A stretch of DNA of 63,589 nt, the filler included, from Lenisia limosa (Eukaryota > Protista > Breviatea): the NCBI GenBank assembly GCA_001655205.1. It is 18 parts of 18 records of this genome, joined end to end, with 100 filler letters (N's around TTAATTAATTAA, not from the genome) between each part and the next. Parts side by side here need not be neighbours in the genome. Positions count along the whole stretch, not along the records: positions 20,225 to 21,310 come from LPNZ01005423.1; positions 21,411 to 22,929 come from LPNZ01006964.1; positions 23,030 to 25,612 come from LPNZ01003322.1; positions 25,713 to 29,735 come from LPNZ01009618.1; positions 29,836 to 31,656 come from LPNZ01007418.1; positions 31,757 to 34,337 come from LPNZ01000084.1; 12 more parts are not named here. One strand, 5' to 3'. Numbering within the stretch: the first letter of the stretch is position 1; every line of letters begins with the position of its first letter. The notes below the pieces were generated by a model. The model was not told the DNA's origin, searched no databases, and worked only from the letters and a program-made list of their open reading frames with translations. Of the stretch, positions 21,101-34,437 are shown in pieces. The position numbers and the translations under genes are program-made.

Positions 21101-21588
21101 CTGAATGTCTTATAAAAATTCACACAGTTGCAAATAGAAATATATATTTGAATAGTAATTATATAGGGTCAAATAAAAGCTGGAAGGTTAGGAGGTGAAA
21201 CCCAAACTTGACTTTGATAGACAGGATCATTGGTGATACATCACATATTATATTTGCAGATATCATAGACTATGCTATATGATATATACACATTTAAGAG
21301 CCTTCAAGAANNNNNNNNNNNNNNNNNNNNNNNNNNNNNNNNNNNNNNNNNNNNTTAATTAATTAANNNNNNNNNNNNNNNNNNNNNNNNNNNNNNNNNN
21401 NNNNNNNNNNTTTGTGAGGACTGAATGTCTCGATAAATCCTCGAAACCTGTCGATATTTTCCAGAGTTTTTTCGAACCGAAACCCTATTTGTTCTATCAT
21501 ATATAGCCCTCTCTCCCCACTTTACTCCACCTTTATTTCCGCTTGTAGGCGTGACCAATCCGGCGTTTAGTGGAACACATTTTGAGAT

Positions 21589-22620
21589 TCAGAAGTCCGG
21601 ATCATCTTTGATGTCCTCGATCGGTTCTGTTGGTGCAGGTGGGGGAATTGTTTTTCTATCTATTTTTATATTTTTTTTTTTTTTTTTTTTTTNNNNNNNN
21701 NNNNNNNNNNNNNNNNNNNNNNNNNNNNNNNNNNNNNNNNNNNNNNNNNNNNNNNNNNNNNNNNNNNNNNNNNNNNNNNNNNNNNNNNNNNNNNNNNNNN
21801 NNNNNNNNNNNNNNNNNNNNAACGTTCTTTTTCTCAATGCAGTCACAAAATATCACGTTTTAGGGGCGGCCGAAGTTGCTCTTGTGACTGGAATCGGGTA
21901 TGTTAAAGGCTCTAACATGAGTACCTTAAACCAAATCGGAACGTTATTTCTTTCACCCCTAGCAGCAACCAGGCCTTCATCATAATTTGAATTCCGAATC
22001 TCAGAAATTTTGCCTTAACTCTGGATAATATTGGTCAAAACTACGCTTATATTATATAATTAATATTTGAAAAAATTAATTGACGAAGTTAGAAATTAAA
22101 GTGTCTGAAATGGGGTTCTGGTTACACTACGTCCCACTTCAAATTGGGCAATTTATTTTTTTAATTAATTGCACTTTCTACTTCTGGGATAATCTTTTTA
22201 GCAATCCTGTCGAAGGAGTTTCTTGCATCCAAGGTCACTTAGCCGCGTTCACTGTTCCAAACAGTGCTGTAGTGTTCTCTAACAAGTTGGTGATATATAT
22301 TATTTTTTAAAGGACCTGTTTTATATGACCTAGTGCAATTAGTAGAAAAACAATTTTGAATTTTAAAGTCAGGTTTCGTATGTTGCATTTCGGACTCTTT
22401 AATGTGAAATTTTCAAGGATATACCTATGATATATTATATAGACGGCTTCGGCCAGAAACCATTTTTTTATTTCTCATTGCTATACATACTTTGTATGCA
22501 TATCTACTGCCTTACTGCTTTTAGGATATCTCTCGCAGACAGCATCAGTTATACCTATTACCCTGACTCGGAAACGTAGGTTTTTGATAGCAAAATAGGC
22601 GTGGGGAATGTCAAGATGAC
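21589..22620 (-). CDS. 3' exons of an unknown host gene
   Basis: Exon-like GHLDIPHAYFAIKNLRFRVRVIGITDAVCERYPKSSKAVD; ARGERNNVPIWFKVLMLEPLTYPIPVTRATSAAPK; APTEPIEDIKDDPDF*. Confidence 0.4.
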
Positions 22621-23599
22621 CTGTTTTTTCATCCAACATATTTGAGTTAAATGGAGGAGGGGTAAGGTATGTCACTTTTGTGTATCCTTTAAAAATTGTT
22701 TTGAGGTTTCTTTCATTTTTCCTAATGATTTATATTACTGAAGTTGATTCTTGTTCAAAACATGATTGTACGGCTTCGGCTTAGATTACCTTGTTTTGTG
22801 ACTCATCTGTTGACATGAAAAAAGGGGACATCTGGCTAAAGTCCGAAATACACGGGTATTATCTAGGTTACTATACATGAACGCGAACACTCCCATGAAC
22901 GCGAACGCTTTTTAGAAACACCCAAAAATNNNNNNNNNNNNNNNNNNNNNNNNNNNNNNNNNNNNNNNNNNNNTTAATTAATTAANNNNNNNNNNNNNNN
23001 NNNNNNNNNNNNNNNNNNNNNNNNNNNNNTACCTCTCGCCCCCAACCCATGTCAACCATGCTGCAACTCATGTTAGGGGTATAATCTGATGGGGGAGGGG
23101 GGTAGAATTGTAGGGTGATGTGCATTTAAACGACTGCCAGGGTGAAGGCGAGGAGGATGAGGAAGGAGTTCTAATCTTCTTTTCTTGATCTTTATCAGTA
23201 TATTGATTACTTTACACTTTGTTGTTCATGGGTCTTTATCAGTCAATGTGTGCAGAGTAACTATGTTAAGAGTCTGTAAAACATAACCACAGATTTGTTT
23301 TTATTTTATTTGACAATTCGCACAAAATTCAAATAATAATAAATTTTCGAAAACCTCCACGTTTATTCTTCCAGGGGTCAGTTGAAGCACTTAATCAAAG
23401 TGAGTGGGATACATGAAGGTTTTGATGCTGCAGTTTTTGGTCTTCACTTCGGTTTGAAAAAAGACTGATTTTTGCGATAAATCCCCGAAAACTATCGATA
23501 ATTTACCAGTCTTTTCCCAACCGAAGGGAAGCCATATACTACATACATATATTGATATACAATGTACATATCTCATTCTGTCCTAAATATGTAACACAA

Positions 23600-25612
23600 C
23601 GATTCAACTCTCTGGAGTTGTCTTCTTTCTTTTGTTGACCCAAATCGCCATGTGATATTATTATATGACTGACTTTCGAGTCGAAGTGATGAATGAGGAC
23701 AACACGAGGGTTCACCCCAAGTGAATCAGAGTATAATTGAGACTTGTCGGTCAATAACCATAGAGTGGATATGAGATGTCATATATAATATATACATGTG
23801 AAAATAAACCAAGAAGTGAAATGATAGTGATATTGTTATTTGGCTTAATATTCAGCTATTTATTATCTTTCAAAGATATTGCCGTATTAACTTTCTATTT
23901 CAATTGTGATTTTTTTTCTCTCGATTTGATCCCTTTTCTATAGGCATTCCACTCAAAGAACCCCGCATAATTGCGTGGCGTAAACCTAATTAATTACAGA
24001 AGTGAAGAAAATTTTTCAACCATCTAACATTACCTAAATGAGCCTGTGTTTTTTTCATGAAGAGCAGATGGCGGATTTTATGGCTGTCGCTATGTGTCGG
24101 TCCTTATCATATGCGTTCAGTGATAGTTGTTTCAAAAGAGGGAAAACAACAGCCTTACACTACTACATTCATGTAAATCCTCCTACTTCATGAAATCTTT
24201 CTCTTAGAACATATATATGTTGATTCCCTTTCAACCAATAATTACATGCAAAACAGAATGACCAACCAGTACAGCAACTATACTGATAGAGTCAACGTCA
24301 ATATTCTCCATTCTCCCACGGCCAACAGATCAAACGGCCTTCATGGCGTTCCTTGACAACTTTCAAGTTGTCCCTGTAGTTTTATTATATATTAACACGG
24401 AACGTTTCTGACGCGAAAGAAAATGAGGAGCGAGATAGGAAATCAAGAAACTAAAAGACAATTAGTCTATTGGAACAATCCATGGATTGTACCTTGTACG
24501 CCAAAGAAAGAAAAGATAATCGCAAAAAAATTAAAACCTACACAAAAAGACGCATTAGGCCGATAAACCTCCGTGTTTCGGTTTTCAGGATGCCGCTCCT
24601 TCTCATGAGCGAGTGCCCGGCTGATCGAATCTCAAACACGCTAAGTAGCCACAACAAAATAGCAAATGAATGGAGGGGTGGGAGAAATTGCATAAACTGA
24701 GTGAGGGGGTACTCTTGTGTGCAGCTTTGGTGATGACATTCTTTGAACTTGGTCTCAGCAAGAGTTCACCATCTCCTAAAATATTAGGTTAAGAGTTCAC
24801 CATCTCCTAAAATATTAGGTTAAGAGTTCACCATTTTTTAAAATATTAGGTTAAGAGTTCACCATCGCCTAAAATATTAGGTTAAGAGTCTATCATCGCT
24901 TTTTTTTACCCAGCCCTACGTACTGGTTTTAATTGTTACTGGTCAAACACATCGTGCAAAATATTAAGATTCTGACATTCGGTATGGGAGACAGACACTC
25001 AGAGTCACGTCCATATAGAACACGGGCATGTTCACTTCAATCGAGAGGAAATGACAGCATTTAAAAGATATAATTGGCTCACGTTGTCGGACATCTTTTT
25101 CCTCCAGGCAAACTAATATAAATGAGTGAAACCTTAAGAATTTTCAAACCTCTTTCAGATACATTTCGTGAAATTTCTGGAATTCCAAGCTAAGCTGTTT
25201 ATTGTTTTCAAATTCTTATCTCTTTTTCCTGTGCATTATTTCAGAAGTACAATTGCGTAGTAGTTTCTTTCTTCAATAAACATATGTTCTGCACTGCTCT
25301 TATATTTGGATATTCTTGATCCTCCATATTATCTATTGCTATCTGTTTGAGATGTTTTGTAACAAGAAATATTATATTACCTTAAAAACTTAAGCAAGCA
25401 AGTGTATTATATCGATATCATTTAATTATCCATCCTACATTTCAAAGCTATCCAAATCATTGATGATATATCCCTCCAACAATTCAGAGTTGACTTGCGG
25501 CGTATTAGGCCCCCAGGTCGCAGCTGGACTGGAAATTACCATGTCTGGCCTGAGTATGACCTCAACCGGCACGGCCGCGGATATCACTGTCACCGTGGGG
25601 GTTGTGGGGTAT
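23600..25612 (-). CDS. Probable multi-exon host gene, unknown
   Basis: Exon-like YPTTPTVTVISAAVPVEVILRPDMVISSPAATWGPNTPQVNSELL; RPFDLLAVGEWRIFDVDSISIVAVLVGHS; splice model not resolved. Confidence 0.3.
24760..24900. repeat. 31-bp minisatellite, about 4.5 copies
   Basis: Unit AAGAGTTCACCATCTCCTAAAATATTAGGTT starts at 24760, 24791, 24822, 24853 and 24884. Confidence 0.9.
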
Positions 25613-25712
25613 NNNNNNNNNNNNNNNNNNNNNNNNNNNNNNNNNNNNNNNNNNNNTTAATTAATTAANNNNNNNNNNNNNNNNNNNNNNNNNNNNNNNN
25701 NNNNNNNNNNNN

Positions 25713-27124
25713 CCGATGTTGTCAAGGTCGTTGAAACGAAGGCAGAACTGGGCCATGGCAAGGGGGTTGGCGGGGGGTGCAAGCTCACCGGTCACACAGA
25801 AGGGCTGTGAGTGTGACCGTACAGTTTCAACACAAATCATCAAGTGCTTGATCCAATCCAGAAGCGACAATGTACACCGACCCCGATTAGTCTTGACCGA
25901 TTTTCCTTGGGAAATTGTATAGCATCGATCAAGACTTATCAAGGTCACTGAAGATATTCGACTTCATCCCAAACCACGCTACGTACCTGGAAGCAGAAGA
26001 TTCCGGCCGCGACATATTCGACGTCATTTCTCCAGCGGGCAACAACGGGGTACCGGGGGAGGATGGTGTGTTCGATGGGCATGTTCTTGAAGGCACTGGA
26101 GCGTGGTTATGCAAAAGGTTACGCAAAAGGTTACGCAAGAGTGGCGCAATAATAGACATTGACGCATTGCCGGAGCTTAACATGAATCAATTGTATGATA
26201 TATCAATTAAAAACGGACAGAACCTGGATATCACGTTCATAATAGATGCCTATTAACAAAATTTTGTGTTCCTATCGGTTTTTTAACTGAATCAATTAAC
26301 ATATGAAAATACCAAGAAATTATGCTTTATTCAATGACCATTCCCCCACTTTGAGAAGGAGTTCCAGGCGTCAGTGTACGACATTTTGTGTCCATCCGGG
26401 CCCTTGCCGACACCCACGCCGGTGCCAACAAACGTGTACTTGCCCTTGCAGCCGGAGTCTCCACATGTCTGTCACATTAGGGGTGGGGGAGGGGGGTAAA
26501 ATGGGAAGATTTATGAAAAAATAAAAACCCCTTCTGTTGGCAACACACGAGGGTTGAGAACAACAAAACAAACAAAGACCAGGCCAGTCGCTTCTGCAGC
26601 ACCGCATCCCAATTTATGAAGCAAAACGCCTTTTTTGCCATCAATAAGAATAGGCTACTTACNNNNNNNNNNNNNNNNNNNNNNNNNNNNNNNNNNNNNN
26701 NNNNNNNNNNNNNNNNNNNNNNNNNNNNNNNNAGTTCTCAAAATCACATCTAATAACCAAATAGAAATAAAACTCAAACATCAAACGCGGACTCCAATTT
26801 AAAATTGAAGAGAGGAAATGATAGTGAGCGCAAGAGATATGAATGAGAGATGAGAGAAGGGAAGAACGAACTTTCTTTTCAACCTACATCAGCCTTCTCG
26901 GAATGACGCCAGTACTTGGCTCCACATTTGGGGCATTCAGCGCGAGAGAAGCCGAATTTCTCCAAAGTCGCAACTGGGTAGAACTTCTCATAGTTGGCGT
27001 CAAACTCAGGCCTAGCACGAGCTTTTTGCTCCTAAATCAAGTGTCAAATCGACCCAGTCTTGGCTTAACAAACCTTGGCAGTGAGGCACTTTTCAACTTG
27101 CTCCTCTTCCATCTTCACACTGAT
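25713..27124 (-). CDS. alaS: Alanyl-tRNA synthetase, archaeal-type, N-terminal five exons (3' truncated by scaffold end)
   Basis: Exons 27124-27074, 27031-26888, 26468-26350, 26095-25987 and 25804-25713 splice in frame to ...FYPVATLEKFGFSRAECPKCGAKYWRHSEKADTCGDSGCKGKYTFVG...HTILPRYPVVARWRNDVEYVAAGIFCFQPFCVTGELAPPANPLAMAQFCLRFNDLDNI. The Zn-binding CxxC..CGD..C N-domain and the RYPVVARWRxD / PPANPL motifs are hallmarks of archaeal AlaRS. Confidence 0.92.
25875..25950. mobile_element. Family F hairpin MITE (Tc1/mariner-like) inside an AlaRS intron
   Basis: ...TAGTCTTGACCGATTTT...ATCGATCAAGACTTATCAAGGTCACTG, homologous to the 47881 copy. Confidence 0.6.
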
Positions 27125-27329
27125 CTATTAGTACACACTCAAGATAAAAGGGGGCTTATTTCTTGCAAACCAGAGATAAAGCGAACCCGTCCCGGACATT
27201 CAATAAAGCAAAAATATGAAAAAGTCTGATCTGAAAGTGAATTCCACATTTTGTACAGGTGTTACTATTTATTAAGAATATATTACTGTAGTTGACTTTG
27301 TAATATTGGGAAACCAAGACTAAAGAAGA

Positions 27330-27720
27330 AAAAGCCGCCTCTGTGTACAAAATGAAAGTGCCCAGCGCTCAGCTGGTAGTTCGGCTGCTCTGCTTCTGCT
27401 TTTTAATAGCATATTCGCAGGGTATGAGCGGTTAACTTTTCGATACATTTGCAAAAGGTCCGTATTGACCACTGTAGCAACAGAATGCGCTCCAGCGACA
27501 ACAATTTCATCGCAGGCTGCTTTAAATGCCCTAGCAGGATGTACCTCGTTCACCAATTCGATTACACTGTCTTGTTCTTCACTGTCAGACTTTTCGCCAC
27601 TCTCCTCCCTTGTGACTGCCCTTGACATTAATATTAGCAGTGGGTTTGGGATCGATTTTTGTGCGGTTCTGGGTGCTATTTGGATACAATATTCTTCCGA
27701 AATTAAGTGGTTGTGGAAAG
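27330..27720 (-). CDS. ORF upstream of AlaRS; possible N-terminal extension or separate gene
   Basis: Stop-free ~130 codons including EVHPARAFKAACDEIVVAGAHSVATVVNTDLLQMYRKVNRSYPANMLL; no family recognised. Confidence 0.4.
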
Positions 27721-28164
27721 CCCTTCATGGCCGGCGCTTCTCTTCACCTCCAATTGCTTCGGTGTATGAATGAAGATGTTGTCTGATGAGAAAGGACTGA
27801 GTTTGTTTTGGTGGTGAGTGGTCGTGGGAGTTGGCGATACTCTTCGGAGGATTGTTTTTTTTTTTGAAAGCGGGATGATGAATGAGGGGATTCGAGAAGT
27901 GACGAGGTTCTAAAGGTGTGTCAAAAGGCAGTACTTTGAACCACTTTGTAATGTTGGATTCTTTTATTTGTTATTATTTGGACAATGGTCGACCAGATAA
28001 ATTTGCTCCCCAAGGTACCTCATCGAAACTTCCCCCCAACATGTGCTTTGTTTGCCTTTTCTTCTCCTCTTATTCCTCAAATATTTTGCCTCATAGTTTC
28101 GCATATTTTTTATTTCATAAATTCCCTTTTTCACGCTTGTGTGGCGTATTTGTTTATGGCATTC

Positions 28165-29700
28165 TCATCTACACAGGTTTCAGTGGTTCATCCATGCCTG
28201 AGCTAAGCGCTCTTCGGACTGCTGGCGTTGTGAAGTTCACCGGTTGGGGGTTGGGTTGGTCCATCCTCTGCTTGTTGATCACTTTATCTCACACCCAGCT
28301 TGTAACTCACAATGCCCCTCCCCCCTCTCTCTCTAACCCCCCAGCATGTAACTCTCTCATCGATATTTCGTTCCTCGATTTGGCCGACATCCAGGAACTT
28401 CACTTTATCTCAAGTGGGGTATTCTCAGGGCCGCTATATTGAAGGCCACAAAGGAGGAATACTTATTTTTGTGCATATTGTGTTCAGCCCTGACCCCCTA
28501 GCATCCATTGCTGCCCTACCCTCAGGCTCCCCCAAGAGTGTCGGCAAGTTCTTCAGTCANNNNNNNNNNNNNNNNNNNNNNNNNNNNNNNNNNNNNNNNN
28601 NNNNNNNNNNNNNNNNNNNNNNNNNNNNNNNNNNNNNNNNNNNNNNNNNNNNNNNNNNNNNNNNNNNNNNNNNNNNNNNNNNNNNNNNNNNNNNNNNNNN
28701 NNNNNNNNNNNNNNNNNNNNNNNNNNNNNNNNNNNAGTTTTTCTTTTGCTTTGGAAGTACTGGTCTTATAACACTTGCAGTCACAACTGCCACGTCATTG
28801 ACAGACATGTCCCTTCTCCATCTTGGCACTATTGAATCCGCCACCATGATGACAAGTGAGGGGTACTACCACCAGATGACAAGTTTAACATGTTGTTATG
28901 GTAATGAAGCTTCACATATTCTTTTTTATTTTCCCTGTTCTGCCACGATCATCCCCTTCAGTGTCAGGACTGCGCTCACTGCACCATTTGCCGTTCACCA
29001 ACGTCACTGGCGAGTTCCTTATTCAGAGTGCCGGCATATTCGGCATTGAAGGCATCCAGTCACTTTCCGGATTAGGAAGTTTGTGGGTTGCCTCTTTGGA
29101 AACGTTTTCAAAAGGAGACATGTATTCAGTCTTAACTATAAAGAGCCATCATAGTATTATATAAGGTATTGCCGAACTTATGATATATCTTTTGAGCTTG
29201 GTCTGTCTCATTGAAGGGGTCAACTCTTTCCTAGGTTTATTCGTTACTTCCCCCCCCCCCCCNNNNNNNNNNNNNNNNNNNNNNNNNNNNNNNNNNNNNN
29301 NNNNNNNNNNNNNNNNNNNNNNNNNNNNNNNNNNNNNNNNNNNNNNNNNNNNNNNNNNNNNNNNNNNNNNNNNNNNNNNNNNNNNNNNNNNNNNNNNNNN
29401 NNNNNNNNNNNNNNNNNNNNNNNNNNNNNNNNNNNNNNNNNNNNNNNNNNNNNNNNNNNNNNNNNNACTGATTGTGCATTATATGATATACATTGAAGGA
29501 ATTGCCATGAAGTACAGGGACCGGGGTAAGTCTGACCGATTTGTTGTATGATTTCGGTCACTGTATATCATATTATATTTATCTAATGAATTGGCTCTTT
29601 ACGCCGCTGTAGGAGTGCGGAGAGTCTCCGGGTTCAATTCCCTCGACCATGTAGGCATACTGCGCCTCAACACGCTCACTGAGCTTCTTGATGTTGATGG
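28165..29700 (+). CDS. Leucine-rich / receptor-L-domain-like surface protein (partial), divergent from AlaRS
   Basis: Exons GFSGSSMPELSALRTAGVVKFT; ACNSLIDISFLDLADIQELHFIS; STGLITLAVTTATSLTDMSLLHLGTIESATMMT; VSGLRSLHHLPFTNVTGEFLIQSAGIFGIEGIQSLS; GVRRVSGFNSLDHVGILRLNTLTELLDVD show LxxLxxL periodicity. Confidence 0.5.
29515..29563. mobile_element. Short family F MITE with TA flanks
   Basis: TA|CAGGGACCGGGGTAAGTCTGACCGA...TCGGTCACTG|TA. Confidence 0.65.
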
Positions 29701-29835
29701 TAGGGGAGGGGTGGTTGATGTTGATGGTGAAGAGANNNNNNNNNNNNNNNNNNNNNNNNNNNNNNNNNNNNNNNNNNNNTTAATTAATTAANNNNNNNNN
29801 NNNNNNNNNNNNNNNNNNNNNNNNNNNNNNNNNNN

Positions 29836-30108
29836 CCCTGGACCGACCGAATGGGAATCCGAGCCCATTCTCCACGACCACTCTCTTACTGGGCCATGGC
29901 TTGCTGGTCCCGTTGAGAAAATGAAGAACCCCGACCCAGATGTATGGGGTACCTCTCATCATTGGTTCTATCTCTGGCACCTCTGTTAGCAACGGTTTCG
30001 TCTGTATATATCGCGTGTTCTTATTCGTCGTTTCAGAGGTTGTCCAACCATGTTGCTTTTGGATCAAGATCTACATGGGACTCTAAAGACCCGTATAACG
30101 GCTTTGGT
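29836..30108 (+). CDS. Two probable exons of an unknown gene
   Basis: PGPTEWESEPILHDHSLTGPWLAGPVEKMKNPDPD followed by a GTATG donor; next exon-like segment 29990-30108, frame not resolved. Confidence 0.3.
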
Positions 30109-33100
30109 TTGTGGGGAAAGGGCTTTACCTGGATATAAGGGTATCATATGATTGTGATATAATAAGTTTCTGATATTCACGAGGACAGTTTTTGTTTCCA
30201 AGTAGAATATTGAATTCTGATATTGTAGTTCCACCGTCAACCTGGCCGGAAAATCCTGATGTTATTTTCACTTTCACCCTGATGTATCAGCCAGACCCCC
30301 AGGGTAAGTTACTGATATTAGAACATCAAAATTTCACTTTTTCCAGGAGTAAGGAAACCATGCCACACGACCAAGTGCATGATGGACTATATATCATTGT
30401 GGTATGCTCTAACATAGAGAGTCGGAAGACTGGGAGAAATTATATTTTTCGAGAATTATTCAAGGCTTTCAGTCAATAAAGGAATAAGTGAGATATAATA
30501 TCTCACAACCCTTGGCAAGACCTGATACTGAAATATGTGCAGACCTTTTTTGGCTACTGCTGAGTTGTGATATTATCTGGAATGCCACCCTGGCTTTGTT
30601 GACGTATTTAGGTACAACAGTGTCGTTGACCTGAACTTACCCGCTGTTGTATTCTATGATGGCCCAATGTGGGTATTTGCTGTACTTGAAATGGCGAGCA
30701 TATCATATGGTTATTAATTATTTGATGCATACATAAATCTTATACATAAAATACATGTTGATTTGATACTTTGTACTCTGTATTTAATATATAATATGCT
30801 TTGTGAATCATTATTAACTGGTTAGACTGTCAAAGGAAGTGCTGGATTGTTACCAAGTAAGTGGACTCATCCCCATCGTCTCTCCTTGACTAGAATAATG
30901 CCTAGTTTTTTTTTTACGGTAGACAACATTTTTGACATTTGGTTTTATTGTTGTGTGGTTTCAATTACTGTTTTGTCAGCTGTTTTTTTATTGTTACCCC
31001 CCCCCCTTCCCACCCAGGTTAAGAACGTNNNNNNNNNNNNNNNNNNNNNNNNNNNNNNNNNNNNNNNACCTATGCAGTTAAAAACTACAGTTGGCTCTTA
31101 TATTTATATTGCTTTTTTTTTTGTACAAAAGGCAAACGATATCAGGATTGCAAATATCATAGTTGGATATTTAATTATTTTTTTGTTAGAATAATAGAAC
31201 AATGGATTTTAGAAGATCTAGGGCGGTATGGTTGTAAAAATATTTTTATTTCTCTTGGGCTTATCAAGATAATATGTCATTTCTGGGGCTAAGATCACCA
31301 TTGGTGATTCTACTCCCTTTTTCATTCTTCCAGGGAAGAGCATCAATGATTCCCGCTTTATTGTGATGCTCAACTGGCTCCTCAAACACGGTACGCTGGT
31401 TTTTTCAGTAAACTTTTCCCCTCCACAATCCCACGTCTCTCATGGATGCGATGTAACAATGATAGTGTAATATACCTGATGATAGCCCAGAAAACTCCCC
31501 TTCATTATTAGGACAACATAAATGTTTGTTCGTCTTTTCACCAGATTCCATGTCATGGCTTTATCAAGCATTAACTTATATACTATTTATTCTGTTTCGG
31601 GTGACCTCCCCCTCCCCATTGGATGGTTTTTTGCTTGTTTCATTCCCTCCACCCCCNNNNNNNNNNNNNNNNNNNNNNNNNNNNNNNNNNNNNNNNNNNN
31701 TTAATTAATTAANNNNNNNNNNNNNNNNNNNNNNNNNNNNNNNNNNNNNNNNNNNNAAAAATCTGGGGTGGTGGTGGGGGGGTTGGAAAAGTAAAAAAAA
31801 AATTCTGTCTCTGGTGGTGTGGTGATTGTCCAATAATCGCTGATACATTTTTAATGAAAAAGAATCCCAGACATGCTAGAAGAGAAGCACGCACTCGCAC
31901 TCCCCCATACATGCTAGAAGAGAAGCACGCACTCGCACTCGCGAACGTGAGGAATACGAAGCTGACAAGGTTGATGCAGAAGCGTGTCTGTAGCAATAAG
32001 AAACAATCACCGAGTAGGATAAGGGAAGGGGGACCGTTAACAAGGCCCAAAAAGATACCGCCACACCCCCATCAAGACTATCGCTCATAATGGCTTGAAG
32101 CAGCCGCCACACCCACATCAAGATTATCGCTCATAATGGCTTGAAGCAGCTGGAACAACAACATTCCGAACATCATTCGAACCACAGTTCGTAATAGAGG
32201 CTAAGCAGTGAAAAACGGGCAGGGATGGAGTAAAGGGCAGGGGTAATAAGGTGTGTACTTCTGTGACTAAAATATGACATAATATGTCAAATCTATTCTG
32301 TGTTTTATTTTTCTCGTATCTACAAATGTATCACGGTATTGGTATAATATGTAGTGCGATATGGCCATCCCACAAGGTTCTTTGACGTGATTTCATGGGA
32401 GTACACAGTGACCAAATCCTTTATGGAGGCGCTGAACCTGAAAAATAAGGAATTTTCCCGAACGGGTTCTAGTACCTGTGGATCCTTGCGGTCCTTAACT
32501 ATCTGGAGAAATGAAGAGTGAAGTTATGCCCAAATGACGCACCATGATTAGATCTTAATAGTTGCTATTATTGATATTTTACTAATATTTCAGGTATTTA
32601 TTAACAGTTACTCAAAAACATAGGTGTTTATCACCGAAAGGTTTTCTAAACAGCCAATCATTACTATGATTCCAAGAAATTGTACTGTCTTCGTCACAAT
32701 ACAAACACTCAAATATTAAAAAAATTTTATAATTGGGGTGCGAACCTTGTGATCTTGGGAGAAGGGAGGAGCGACTTCACCAAGGTCACTGACTGGAATG
32801 TCAGAGGGTATGACGTGGCCCCACTGTTAGAAACAAAAAGGCTAAAACAATCCATAGATTAATGTATCTTAAAAAGACTAAAAATGGGTGTGGAATGGGA
32901 AATGAAACTCTAAATGGAAACAAAAAACAAAAAGGTAAGTGTTGCTACTTGTAACACAACTATTACAATAAAATCCATCGTCACCACTCACCGGCTGGAT
33001 AACTGAACTCGCGTTTTGCAGGTAGTTGATGAGGGTGTCTTGCTGAAGCTGAAAATGTCATTTAAGGATAATGACTAAAAATATCGACGTGAGAGGAATA

Positions 33101-34437
33101 GAAGATCATAGATCAATAGATCAAGGAGACTGACCTCAGAAGCATGGGACACGTGAGAGTGGAAAGAGCCCTGGGATTCAGCATGTTGTATATAGTGCGG
33201 ATCAGGGTGTCGACGGGCAGAGTGATTCGATCTGAAAATAATGAGCTTTTTGGGGGGCGATGTAAAAATGATGTTCTTGGGGGAGGGGGGGGGGTTGCCA
33301 TCTAAAATGAAAATTATGAGACTATCTCTTGCATCCCAAATCTTATGATCTGCTTTCCTTTTCATGATCGTCATATATAAGCCTAACTCAATACCATCAA
33401 TCGTGTTCATTCCTTGAATAAACCACCAACCTAAATGACCCATTGGACCTTCCAGATAAGGGGCGAATCTGAAGGTGTGAGAACAAGGTTGTGGTCTTAA
33501 GGGAAATGGAATGTGATGTAAAAAAAAGACTCAAATCATAATATCTACGCGGGTATTATTTAGAACGCATCATAACCATTGAGCAAGTATGTATTCGTGC
33601 TCGCTCATTATGTGCATAAAGCCTTCCATCCATTACAGCTTTGTCGGTGTTGAGTGAGGGGCTTACATGATGGGCTTTCTCGGTTTCAAATGAAGGATCT
33701 CGTCGCACAACAGGATTAGATCTATGAGATCAGAAAGAAGAATTGTATTGGGATAAACGCTGGAAGATTTTTCAATTACCAAAAATTTACACTATTTTAT
33801 CAAATGTGAATTTGCTTTATGTAGTATACTCAAGGAAGCGATGGTTACCAATCCACAATGTTATTACCTACCATTACTGATATCCTTCTACATGAACATG
33901 ATTCTTAATAGGTTGCAAATGAAGAAAGAATACGCGTGTATTTCTCTCTTACCACAACATAATGGTTGAAACGAGTCCCCCCATCCCATGCCCCTCAAAC
34001 AAGTGAGACGAGTGAGACTTGGGGTTGGAAATGCTCAACACTGAGTTCGTTCGGACTATCACTGCCACACTTTGCTGCTTCTAAAGTCGTAAAAAATGAA
34101 TCGCTGTAATGCTCCCAGGAGGCGATACTACACTACTGAGATGCAGTACAGGGTATAAGATACCCCACAACCTCCTCCAAGTCTATACCACAGCCCCTCC
34201 CAACCTCCAGAGTCTCCACAGGTGTCTCTTCTTCGATATACTGAGAGAACGAGATAGTTTGAAAGTTGATGCCTGAAATGCCAGATGCCACTCGAACGTT
34301 ATCGGCCAAAGCTGCAACCTGAGGGGGGGGGGGTGAGNNNNNNNNNNNNNNNNNNNNNNNNNNNNNNNNNNNNNNNNNNNNTTAATTAATTAANNNNNNN
34401 NNNNNNNNNNNNNNNNNNNNNNNNNNNNNNNNNNNNN

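Noticed and set aside
31865-32150. Short local direct duplications (also 3790-3850, 4095-4185, 10315-10450, 43870-44020, 57105-57170)
   Set aside because: Two-copy slippage duplications or possible assembly stutter with no shared motif or structure.
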